DNA of 64,000 bases from Clostridiales bacterium (GTDB lineage Bacteria > Bacillota > Clostridia > Lachnospirales > Lachnospiraceae). This document shows positions 1-8,683 of this stretch, one piece after another (position 1 is the first letter of the stretch; each line of letters opens with the position of its first letter). A model generated the notes under the pieces. It did no database searches, was not told the DNA's origin, and was given only the letters and a program-made list of their open reading frames with translations. The stretch covers positions 3,932 through 67,931 of the forward strand of contig JAJQCD010000010.1 of the NCBI GenBank assembly GCA_021202925.1, written 5' to 3'. A program made the translations under genes and the position numbers.

Positions 1-288
1 TGGGAGGTCACCAAAGATAATGTTGTTGATGTTATAAGAAACGCTCAGGAAGGAGACTATATCCATATATCAAATGGTATCGTATCCCTTCCGATTAACA
101 GGGGGAATAATATTATCATTTATCCCAGTGATGGATTAAGTTACGATCCAAGTAATTGCTTCCGTTTGGTTGTGACAGATCTTGATATGAGATTCTCTAA
201 TGGTGATCACCTTGAAATATATGGTACATTTGATTATCAGGATGATATAGCCTGGATCATACCAGAATCTGTGAGTTACCTCAATTAG
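1..288 (+). CDS. 3' part of a hypothetical protein (start outside window)
   Basis: Frame 1 is open from base 1 to TAG 286-288 (WEVTKDNVVDVIRNAQEG...WIIPESVSYLN) and is followed by a hairpin. Confidence 0.75.
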   Translation, partial: WEVTKDNVVDVIRNAQEGDYIHISNGIVSLPINRGNNIIIYPSDGLSYDPSNCFRLVVTDLDMRFSNGDHLEIYGTFDYQDDIAWIIPESVSYLN

Positions 289-298
289 CCAGATTGTC

Positions 299-328
299 CA
301 GGCAGGATTAAGTTCCTGCCTGGATTTG
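299..328 (+). terminator. Intrinsic terminator-like hairpin
   Basis: tccaggcagga-ttaagt-tcctgcctgga followed by ttt, just after the stop at 288. Confidence 0.6.
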
Positions 329-488
329 TCAAGCTATTCGCCATGATCTCTGGTACAGGCATATGATTGGCTGTGTGGCGTGTCGTGAACGGCCAACGTT
401 TGAGATGTGGAAAGAGTGTGACGTTTACAGCCAGCGATGATTACAACGAAGAAAGAAATTTTTTATCAAATGAGAAAGGGAAGAGTGT

Positions 489-1685
489 ATGGGTAAGAAG
501 AAAAAACATAAGAAATCTACGAGGGATGCTGGGTTAAAGAAAGTGGAATATACAAGAGCAGAAACCGTTTTAGTGGATAATATTGCGATCGCTTTTGTCT
601 CTGATAATGACGAGCGGATGAACCAGGTATTCGATTTATTGAGACGGAGAACCGAAGGAATTGCAAGAAAGTACTGCAATGAAAATATCACCTGTGTTGA
701 TGTGCCTCAAAAGCTGCCGTTGTGTGAGAACCTGTCGCAAATTATCAATGACTGGGCTGCTTATGGATGGGATGAAACTGTAAAAGTAAAGAAGCTGTAT
801 GATAAAAATACCAGAAAAGAAATAGAACTCGGCGCGGTTTCATATATTTCACGAACGGTGATTGTCAGAAATGGAAACAGGTGTATCACCTATTTACATA
901 TTAAGCCGGAGATGATTCTGGATCTGTCACCATGTATCGGTACTTTTTCTGTCGTATATGTGGATTTGTGTTCTCCTCTCTCGCTTGCTTTCAAGATGGG
1001 TAAGGTAAGGGACAGGCATGACGGTTTTCGCTGTATTCCTTTTATCAGTGTGATGCTGTCAGACCTGAGTACGGAAGATTGGTTCTGTTTATTTCGAAAC
1101 TACTTGGAGTTTCCGGAAGTCACAGGAGGCATCGGTTGCCAACTGGGTTACGCAGAAGACACGGAAAAAGGTAGTGATAGCTACGACGATATCACAAAAA
1201 CGATCGTGATAAGGGATTCTCCGATAAACTTACCGGATATTGCGATTTTATTGCTGATTGACCCGATTTCGTTTCTGACAGGTGAGGACGAGACTGAGGA
1301 TAATGAGGATATGGAATATTTCTGTCGGGATGAAAAGGAACCATCCGTGCCTGGTCAGAGCAGTAAAGATGCGATCCGGATGCTTGTCCGGATCCATTCG
1401 CCGGAATTTGAGAAGATTATTGACCGATTGATTTCTGAGACAGATGTTTCCGGATACGAGACACTAGAAGAATATCGGAAGGATGTGCGAGTCATGGCTG
1501 AGGATGCGTGTTGGGCTTATCTGGATGATTTACTGGAACGGACTGGTGATCAAGCGGCGGATGATTCCGACGTGATCCGGGAGATCATTGGGGCGTTGGA
1601 TTCGCTGGTTAGGAATCTGATCGAATATAAATTCGATAATCGCCTTTATGAGACTTATAAGACAAAAGAACAGGGAGATGCATGA
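489..1685 (+). CDS. Hypothetical protein, 398 aa
   Basis: Long ORF with a Lys-rich N-terminus and acidic C-terminal half; no family recognised. Confidence 0.75.
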   Translation: MGKKKKHKKSTRDAGLKKVEYTRAETVLVDNIAIAFVSDNDERMNQVFDLLRRRTEGIARKYCNENITCVDVPQKLPLCENLSQIINDWAAYGWDETVKVKKLYDKNTRKEIELGAVSYISRTVIVRNGNRCITYLHIKPEMILDLSPCIGTFSVVYVDLCSPLSLAFKMGKVRDRHDGFRCIPFISVMLSDLSTEDWFCLFRNYLEFPEVTGGIGCQLGYAEDTEKGSDSYDDITKTIVIRDSPINLPDIAILLLIDPISFLTGEDETEDNEDMEYFCRDEKEPSVPGQSSKDAIRMLVRIHSPEFEKIIDRLISETDVSGYETLEEYRKDVRVMAEDACWAYLDDLLERTGDQAADDSDVIREIIGALDSLVRNLIEYKFDNRLYETYKTKEQGDA

Positions 1686-1881
1686 GTATTTCTTTCAGAT
1701 GCAGATTAGTTTGCGTTGGCGAGATTTGAACGTCGATTTGCCGTAGTGTACAGAAGAAGCTGCAGGGACAGGTTCGCAGGATTCAGTTGGATCAGTAGAG
1801 TATTTGTAAAACCAGCCATTTTGAATCATATACCATATTCTTGAATAAGCAGTATCTATCAAATTCAAGGAGGTAATGATA

Positions 1882-2814
1882 ATGGCAGCGAATGTTGAAA
1901 CAATGTTTTACACGAGGACAAAGCCGTGGCACGGGCTTGGGACTGAGGTACAGGAAGCGCCAGATTCCGGACGCGCTCTGGAACTGGCCGGTCTTGACTG
2001 GCGGGTGATCCAGAAAAACGTGCAGACGGCAGATGGTCTGGCGATTCCGGGTTTCCGCGCGAATGTCAGAGAGACGGACAATCAGGTTCTGGGAATTGTC
2101 ACGGACCGTTACAAGGTAGTCCAGAATGAAGACGCCTTTGCCTTTACAGATGAACTGCTGGGCAAGGGCGTTACTTATGAGACGGCTGGTTCCTTGCAGA
2201 ACGGCCGCAGAACATGGATTCTGGCAAAGCTTCCACAGCGGTATATCATCAGCGGCGATGAGATTACGCCGTATCTGGTTTTTATGAACAGCCATGACGG
2301 GACAGGAGCGATCAAGGCGGCGATGACTCCGGTGCGTGTAGTGTGTCAGAACACATTGAATCTTGCGCTTTCGACTGCGAAGCGCAGCTGGTCAACGAAT
2401 CATGTCGGCGATATCCGTGGAAAACTAGAAGACGCAAAGTATACACTTCTTTACGCGGAGCTTTATATGTCGGAGTTGGGTAAGGCGATTGATAACCTGA
2501 ATCAGCAGAAACTCTCAGACCGTCAGGTGTATGAGTATATTGACGCACTGTTCCCATTGACCGAGGGTGCGTCAGAACAGCAGAGAAAGAATCTTCTCCG
2601 TATGAAAGAGGATCTGAAAGCGCGTTATTTCGATGCGCCGGATTTAAGGCATGTGGGTAAGAATGCATACCGTTTTGTCAATGCGGTTTCTGACTTTGCG
2701 ACCCATGCAAAGCCGATCCGGGAGCGTTCCAATTACAGGGAAAGTCTGTTTGGACGTACTGTAGATGGGAACGCGATGATTGATCGGGCGTATGCAATGA
2801 TGAAGGCGGCCTGA
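1882..2814 (+). CDS. DUF932 family phage/plasmid-like protein (TIGR03299-like)
   Basis: MAANVETMFYTRTKPWHGLGT, YETAGSLQNGRRTWILAKLP, MNSHDGTG, TPVRVVCQNTL motifs; AGGAGG RBS 8 nt before ATG 1882. Confidence 0.9.
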   Translation: MAANVETMFYTRTKPWHGLGTEVQEAPDSGRALELAGLDWRVIQKNVQTADGLAIPGFRANVRETDNQVLGIVTDRYKVVQNEDAFAFTDELLGKGVTYETAGSLQNGRRTWILAKLPQRYIISGDEITPYLVFMNSHDGTGAIKAAMTPVRVVCQNTLNLALSTAKRSWSTNHVGDIRGKLEDAKYTLLYAELYMSELGKAIDNLNQQKLSDRQVYEYIDALFPLTEGASEQQRKNLLRMKEDLKARYFDAPDLRHVGKNAYRFVNAVSDFATHAKPIRERSNYRESLFGRTVDGNAMIDRAYAMMKAA

Positions 2815-2896
2815 TTCAGATTGGAATGATGATGCCGGGAAACATGGAACTGTAGGTACAAATAGTAGGCATAAATAACAGAAGGTAAATGATCAG

Positions 2897-2930
2897 AGTG
2901 GAGTGTCAGATAAGGCACTCCTTATTTTTG
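2897..2930 (+). terminator. Intrinsic terminator-like hairpin
   Basis: ggagtgtc-agataag-gcactcc followed by ttattttt. Confidence 0.55.
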
Positions 2931-2965
2931 TGTCTGTTTGTGGATGATCGAGAGGAGGGCTGCAT

Positions 2966-3016
2966 ATGCCGATGATTATTGTAAAAATCATTATCATGCT
3001 TTTAAAGGGTGACTGA
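2966..3016 (+). CDS. Candidate 16-aa hydrophobic peptide MPMIIVKIIIMLLKGD
   Basis: Strong RBS (AGAGGAGGG), ATG 2966, TGA 3014-3016; too short for the ORF track. Confidence 0.4.
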   Translation: MPMIIVKIIIMLLKGD

Positions 3017-3122
3017 GAAGACAGTCAAATGAGTTTAGCATTAACAAAAACAGAATGCCGATGGCGCTGATGAAAAACCATATTTGAATGAATATGGACG
3101 AAAAAATCAGAAGGAGAAAACT

Positions 3123-3347
3123 GTGAATAAAGCGAGAAGAAAGCTGGTATCGGAAGCATTTGACCTGGTTGACAAGGCGAAGGGAATTCTGGAGGATGTG
3201 AAGTCCGCAGAACAGGAGGCATATGATAACCTTCCGGAGTCGTTTCAGAATGGAGGCCGTGGTGAGGAGATGCAGGAGTGTATTGAGATGATTGAGGAAG
3301 GATTCAATCTCCTGGACGATGCGGCTTCTGTCATTGAGCAGATTTAA
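3123..3347 (+). CDS. Small helical phage/MGE-type hypothetical protein
   Basis: GTG start with AGGAG RBS; NKARRK...EQEAYDNLPESFQNGGRGEEM pattern resembles small mobile-element proteins. Confidence 0.75.
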   Translation: MNKARRKLVSEAFDLVDKAKGILEDVKSAEQEAYDNLPESFQNGGRGEEMQECIEMIEEGFNLLDDAASVIEQI

Positions 3348-3403
3348 AGAAGGGATTGATTTGGATGAACAGAAGGTCGAGCAGTGAACAGATGGAGGGG
3401 ATG

Positions 3404-3886
3404 ATGAAACGTCCGATCCCCAAAAAGAAGGTTGGTATCGTCAGAATTCAGATGGTAAAGGAAGACCGGTCCCTGTACGGGATGAGACGTTTTCAGGATG
3501 CAGTTGCGGCTGCAGAAATGGCAAGGGTGCTTTTCTCAATGGCTGACCGGGAAATCTTTCTGGTAGTAAGCCTGGATAGTAAGCTGGAACCAATGGCGGC
3601 CGAGATCGCAGCGGTCGGCGGTGTGGAATCATGCGCTGTAGATATGCGGAGTATTTTCAAGCACGCGATTTTGAATAATGCTTCGTATCTTATCTGTCTG
3701 CATAACCATCCATCGGGCGATCCGGCTCCAAGTTGGGAGGACAGAAAAATAACAGATCGGATCGCACAGGCAGGTCAGCTTTTAGGAATTCATCTGGTTG
3801 ACCATATTGTTGTAGGCGAGGGTCGATATTTCAGTTTTCGGGAGGAAGGTCTGCTTCACGAGAACAGTGAATACAGCGCAGCGTGA
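3404..3886 (+). CDS. radC: RadC-family JAB domain protein (start uncertain)
   Basis: HNHPSGDPAPSWEDRKIT and LVDHIVVG JAB motifs. Confidence 0.9.
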   Translation: MKRPIPKKKVGIVRIQMVKEDRSLYGMRRFQDAVAAAEMARVLFSMADREIFLVVSLDSKLEPMAAEIAAVGGVESCAVDMRSIFKHAILNNASYLICLHNHPSGDPAPSWEDRKITDRIAQAGQLLGIHLVDHIVVGEGRYFSFREEGLLHENSEYSAA

Positions 3887-4095
3887 CAGAGGACGATGTT
3901 GGGCCGGGAACCATGAGGAACCCGGCCTGATTATTGCCTGATAATAATATGGAAGAATCTGTTTATGGCAGGCTCTGTAGTTTGTCAAATCGTATGCAGA
4001 GATCTGTTTGTGACAGATCCTATCGTTATCGTCAGAGATGCAGAAAAAGATGAGGATACTGCATATTCTGCAGGTCTGGCTTAGGAGGAAAAGAT

Positions 4096-5025
4096 ATGTT
4101 TGATACGATAAGCACGGTCGGAATGAGTCGCGAGGAGTGGCTGCGCATTCGTAAGACCGGAATTGGAGGTTCTGATGCCGGAGCAATATGCGGCCTGAAT
4201 CGTTATCGGAGCGCAATCGACGTCTATCTGGATAAGATTTCAGAGAAGACAGAGGATGAGGACAATGAAGCCATGAGGATTGGAAGAGATCTGGAAGGAT
4301 ACGTGGCCGGACGGTTTATGGAAGCGACTGACTTAAAGGTGCGGCGTTCCAATCGGATGTACCGGAGTCGGGAACATCCGTTTATGCTGGCTGATGTAGA
4401 CCGGCTGGTTGTCGGAGAGGATGCCGGACTGGAGATCAAGACAGCCAGTCCGTTCGCGGAGGATCAGTGGAAGGACGGATCAGTGCCATTGAGTTATTTG
4501 TGTCAGGTGATGCATTATATGATCATCCTGGGGAAACGTTCCTGGTATCTGGCCGTTCTGATTATGGGAAGGGGATTCCAGTATCGTAAAATTGAATGGG
4601 ACGAAGAATTTGCCTCCGCACTGATTGCTGCAGAGGAAATATTCTGGAATAATCACGTAACACTACGCAAGATGCCAACTCCCGATGGTTCTGAGTCGTG
4701 TGATAAAATCTTAAATCATCTGTATCCTGCATCGGTGCAGCAGACGGCGATCCAGCTGACTGGTTTTGACGAGAAATTAAAACGTAGGGAAGAACTGGTC
4801 CATCAGTTAAAAGCGTTGGAACAGGAACAGCGGCAGATCGACCAGGAAATCAAGCTGTTTATGGGTGGAAATGAGGCTGCATATAATCAGGAGTATCGCA
4901 TCTCATGGAAAGAAGTGGTCAGTTCCAGACTGGATACCGGGCGATTAAAAGTAGAGCGTCCGGAGGTGTATCAGAATTATCTGCGTCAGAACAGCACCCG
5001 CAAATTTACGGTAAAGGCGGCCTGA
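4096..5025 (+). CDS. YqaJ-like viral recombinase (lambda exonuclease family)
   Basis: EEWLRIRKTGIGGSDAGAI, MLADVDRL, GLEIKTAS and YLCQVMHYM motifs. Confidence 0.92.
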   Translation: MFDTISTVGMSREEWLRIRKTGIGGSDAGAICGLNRYRSAIDVYLDKISEKTEDEDNEAMRIGRDLEGYVAGRFMEATDLKVRRSNRMYRSREHPFMLADVDRLVVGEDAGLEIKTASPFAEDQWKDGSVPLSYLCQVMHYMIILGKRSWYLAVLIMGRGFQYRKIEWDEEFASALIAAEEIFWNNHVTLRKMPTPDGSESCDKILNHLYPASVQQTAIQLTGFDEKLKRREELVHQLKALEQEQRQIDQEIKLFMGGNEAAYNQEYRISWKEVVSSRLDTGRLKVERPEVYQNYLRQNSTRKFTVKAA

Positions 5026-5140
5026 GATGAGTGAGATGGAATTGATGGAATGATGGAAGATTTGGTCTGGAGCAGATCGGAACAATAACACAGGATCATA
5101 CGCGGCGGACATGTCAGAATGACGAGGAGGAAGGACTATC

Positions 5141-5962
5141 ATGGCGGTCAGAGAGATGGTACGTCTGTTAAAGGCAGACGAGATTGAATGTCGAATTGCA
5201 ACGGTAAATGAGAGAGGGCTTAGTCTGCTGTTATTTAAAGATGCAAGAGTGGATCAGAAAATTCTGGATGAGACGTTCACGCCATTTGGCTGGAGGAGGA
5301 GCCATCAGTCTATTGATGGGAATTTGTACTGCACCGTGGAGGTCTGGGATGCAGAAAAGAGACAGTGGATTGGCAAACAGGACGTGGGCACTGGCAACAG
5401 TAGTTACGCGGAAAAAGAAAAGGGAACAGCATCCGACAGCTTTAAGCGCGCGTGTTTCAACTGGGGTATAGGCCGGGAACTTTATACCGCTCCCTTTATC
5501 TGGATTCCGGCAGAAAGGGTGACGATCGATCAGAGGGATGGAAGATTCGTGGTGAAAGATCGGTTCTCTGTCGCTGCGATTGATTATTCCGAAGACAGAG
5601 TGATTACAGCGCTGACTATTGTGAATGGGAACGGCGTCTGTGTTTACGTAATGCAGGAGAAGAAACAGAAGGAAAAACTGATGTCTCAGGAGATACAGAA
5701 ACCAAAGGATACAAAAGCTCGGAAGCAACGATCACAGCCCGGTTACTCGGAGAAAGCTCAGCCTGACAGAACGGTATCGCAACAGAACCCGGAGATCAGT
5801 CCGGGACAGGTGGCGGCACTAAACCGGGAACTGGAACGTACGGGAGTCCCATTGGAGACGGTGCTTGGCCGATATCAGCTTACTGGCATGAATGGGATGA
5901 CGGCTGATATTTATGAAAAGGCAATGGGATGCTTGCGGCGATCGAAGGACAGAGCGGCGTAA
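5141..5962 (+). CDS. Rad52/Sak-like single-strand annealing protein
   Basis: LLFKDARVDQKILDE, WIGKQDVG, EKEKGTASDSFKRACFNWGIGRELY match the phage Rad52/Sak-like annealase core; low-complexity linker in the C-terminal part. Confidence 0.8.
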   Translation: MAVREMVRLLKADEIECRIATVNERGLSLLLFKDARVDQKILDETFTPFGWRRSHQSIDGNLYCTVEVWDAEKRQWIGKQDVGTGNSSYAEKEKGTASDSFKRACFNWGIGRELYTAPFIWIPAERVTIDQRDGRFVVKDRFSVAAIDYSEDRVITALTIVNGNGVCVYVMQEKKQKEKLMSQEIQKPKDTKARKQRSQPGYSEKAQPDRTVSQQNPEISPGQVAALNRELERTGVPLETVLGRYQLTGMNGMTADIYEKAMGCLRRSKDRAA

Positions 5963-6001
5963 AATGTGAAGATAGAAACAACAGAACAGGAGTGCGGTGA
6001 A

Positions 6002-6931
6002 ATGATAACGGTGGAAGAATTTAGAGAAAAAGTAGTTAAGGAGCTGAATGCGATATATGGACGGGAATATGAGGCGTTTCCACTTGATCTGGCAAAAAAT
6101 AACGGTGTGAGGCGCTGTGGAATATCTGTGAAGAGAAAGGACGCTCTTGCCTCGCCGGTCGTCTATCTGGAAGGATATTATAAAGATTACCAGGATGGAA
6201 TGGAGATGGATGAGATTATTCTTATTATCCGGAGTCTGTTAGTGGAGACAGTACCTTCAAGGGAAATCGAGAGACAGGTAGCAACGCTGAATGATTTTGA
6301 AACGGTCCGGGAGTATCTGCAGTGCCGCCTGATCAATTATTCTGCAAATGAAGATACGTTACGAAATCAGGTGTTCCGGAGAGTATGTGACTTGGCGCTT
6401 GTGTTGGAAATCGTGATTCACAGTGATGAAATGGGCTCCATGACCATGCGGGTACAGAAGAAAATGACAGAAGATTGGGGCATGTCCGATGATGAACTGC
6501 TGGGTCAGGCATTGGAAAATGGAAAGAGGAAGAATCCGGCCCGGTTTTTCCGCGTGGAAAGCTTATTAAAAAGTCTGGTTACAGGAACGTTGGATGAACC
6601 GGAAACAGGTGCGGCACAGATGGAAACAGAAATGGAACCGGACCTCGATCTGTATGTCCTGACGGTGAATAAAGGAATTCATGGAGCGGTTGCCATGATG
6701 TATCCTGGGTGCTTGGAAAAGATCGCGGATGAGTTGGGTAGCGATCTGGTGATTTTGCCGTCCAGTATCCATGAAACATTGATCTTCTCCCGTACAAAAA
6801 GGGACGATTGGAAGAGTCTTCGTCAGATGGTTTATACCGTTAATCGGCAACATGTGGAAGAAGAGGAACGATTGTCCGATCAGGTATATGTGTTCTGCAG
6901 GATCAGTGGGACATTGGCGCTTGCAGCGTAG
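6002..6931 (+). CDS. DUF5688 family protein
   Basis: KNNGVRRCGISV, SPVVYLEGYY, LYVLT, GAVAMMYPG, LVILPSSIHETLI and LSDQVY motifs typical of this Clostridia MGE family. Confidence 0.8.
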   Translation: MITVEEFREKVVKELNAIYGREYEAFPLDLAKNNGVRRCGISVKRKDALASPVVYLEGYYKDYQDGMEMDEIILIIRSLLVETVPSREIERQVATLNDFETVREYLQCRLINYSANEDTLRNQVFRRVCDLALVLEIVIHSDEMGSMTMRVQKKMTEDWGMSDDELLGQALENGKRKNPARFFRVESLLKSLVTGTLDEPETGAAQMETEMEPDLDLYVLTVNKGIHGAVAMMYPGCLEKIADELGSDLVILPSSIHETLIFSRTKRDDWKSLRQMVYTVNRQHVEEEERLSDQVYVFCRISGTLALAA

Positions 6932-6942
6932 GAGGAAAAGAA

Positions 6943-7248
6943 GTGAGCATACGAAAAGAAAAAGAACTGCTTCAGATAGCGTTGGAAGAACATCTGAGTC
7001 AGATTTTAAAACAGGCGAAAGAACAGGACCGTGAAGACGAACGGATTCAGATCGAAGCGATTATGGAGAAGATGGATTCGGAGGAGCAGACTGTCCTGGC
7101 AGACTATATGAACCGGACAGATGACCGGGAGGCAGATGTTGCACGAAAGGCTTATGTTGGCGGTTTGCTGGACGGCGTGAGAATCGCGGGCATTATTTGG
7201 CTGGAGGCACTGCGAGGACAGTGTGAATGGGAGAAAACCCTGGAATAA
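6943..7248 (+). CDS. Hypothetical protein
   Basis: GTG start with AGGAGG RBS, in the same operon. Confidence 0.7.
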   Translation: MSIRKEKELLQIALEEHLSQILKQAKEQDREDERIQIEAIMEKMDSEEQTVLADYMNRTDDREADVARKAYVGGLLDGVRIAGIIWLEALRGQCEWEKTLE

Positions 7249-7361
7249 CGGTTATGGTTTACCGGACAGTCAGGAGTGGCTGTCCGGCATATATGGACGT
7301 GGGGACAATAGGCATGATTCATTTTGCCTGGATGTAGTGAAAAAAAGAAAGGAGAAGCTAT

Positions 7362-7628
7362 ATGGTCAGGAAATACACATTAAGTCAGGAAACGGTGGAG
7401 GAGCTTGAGACATTTTCTGTAGATTTTGAGCAGCTGGGCAATCTGATTGATCTTCTGGATCAGTATGTGCAGCAGAATGTTCTGAATGGTGATCAGGCAA
7501 TACTGGAAAGCAAGGACAGGACAGCGAGTCTGATTATGACCGTTGCGGATATCGTGCGTAAGTGCAGGAGTGAACTGCTGGCTGTTTTTGACCAGATCGT
7601 GCCGACGGATCACTCAGAGGCAGAGTAA
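7362..7628 (+). CDS. Hypothetical protein
   Basis: ATG with AAAGGAG RBS; 88-aa helical ORF. Confidence 0.7.
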   Translation: MVRKYTLSQETVEELETFSVDFEQLGNLIDLLDQYVQQNVLNGDQAILESKDRTASLIMTVADIVRKCRSELLAVFDQIVPTDHSEAE

Positions 7629-7650
7629 GTGAGATAACTGAGCAGATATA

Positions 7651-7745
7651 TCCATCTTTCCATCACTTCCATCGTATAAATAAGATAGATATAGAGTGGA
7701 ATAATATGATGTTTTAAAATGATGGAATGGATGGAAAGGTGGAAT
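7651..7745. repeat. Left ~95-bp inverted repeat flanking the serine recombinase
   Basis: 7716-7745 matches the reverse complement of 8540-8569 at 29/30; 7651-7662 matches the reverse complement of 8621-8632 at 12/12. Confidence 0.85.
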
Positions 7746-7792
7746 GAAAATTCGTACGATGAACAGATATCCTGTAGTAGGAGGATAATATA

Positions 7793-8410
7793 GTGACGGG
7801 GAGAGTTTTTGGCTACGCGAGAGTGAGTAGCAAAGAACAGAATCTGGATCGTCAGATTCTGGCATTACAGAAGTTTGTACCCGAAGAAAATATTCTGGTT
7901 GATAAAGCCAGTGGAAGAAATTTTGAACGTCAATCATATCAGGCCTTGAAAGGGGCTCTGGGATTACGCGAAGGAGATACGTTGATCATTACGTCTTTAG
8001 ATCGTTTGTCAAGAAATAAGAATGATATCAAGCAGGAGTTACAATGGTATAGAGATAAAGGCGTGCGCCTGAAAATTTTAGATTTGCCGACGTCGATGGT
8101 GGAAGTTCCAGATGGTCAGACATGGATTCTGGATATGATTCAGAACATTCTCATTGAAGTGCTGGCAAGTATAGCTGAGCAAGAACGATTGACTATTCGG
8201 AAACGTCAACGGGAGGGTATCGAAGCGGCGAAGAGGAAAGGAAAGCATCTTGGGCGCCCTAAGTTGGAACGGCCAAATAATTTTGAAGACATTTACAAAG
8301 AGTGGAGGCTGGGTCATGTAACTGCGGTGGGAGCTATGCGAGTGATGGGACTGACAAGCAGTTCCTTCTATCGTATGGTAAGATCATATGAATGTGAATC
8401 AAAAGGTTGA
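7793..8410 (+). CDS. Small serine recombinase (resolvase/invertase)
   Basis: GYARVSSKEQNLDRQ (catalytic Ser), SLDRLSRN, RQREGIEAAKRKGKHLGRP and a C-terminal HTH. Confidence 0.95.
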   Translation: MTGRVFGYARVSSKEQNLDRQILALQKFVPEENILVDKASGRNFERQSYQALKGALGLREGDTLIITSLDRLSRNKNDIKQELQWYRDKGVRLKILDLPTSMVEVPDGQTWILDMIQNILIEVLASIAEQERLTIRKRQREGIEAAKRKGKHLGRPKLERPNNFEDIYKEWRLGHVTAVGAMRVMGLTSSSFYRMVRSYECESKG

Positions 8411-8539
8411 GGAGATTTGGGAGATGTATCAAATCAGTATGGAGGAGGTTTTGACACAGATAAATTCATGTGAAATAAGGCCACTCAAAAGGTAGAGGTT
8501 TTGAGTGAGTGCTGGATATTAAAGATATAAGAAACGATA

Positions 8540-8632
8540 ATTCCACCTTTCCACCCATTCCATCATTTTTTGAAGACATTATGATAAGGTGAATCTATGT
8601 CGTAAAAATGATGGTTCGGGTGGAAAGATGGA
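8540..8632. repeat. Right ~95-bp inverted repeat flanking the serine recombinase
   Basis: Mirror of 7651-7745; like the left copy it is itself a head-to-head pair of ccatc/gatgg-rich half-sites. Confidence 0.85.
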
Positions 8633-8683
8633 AATAAGCAAGGTAAGGGGTATTATGGGCTGATCATTCTATCAGCGAGACTA

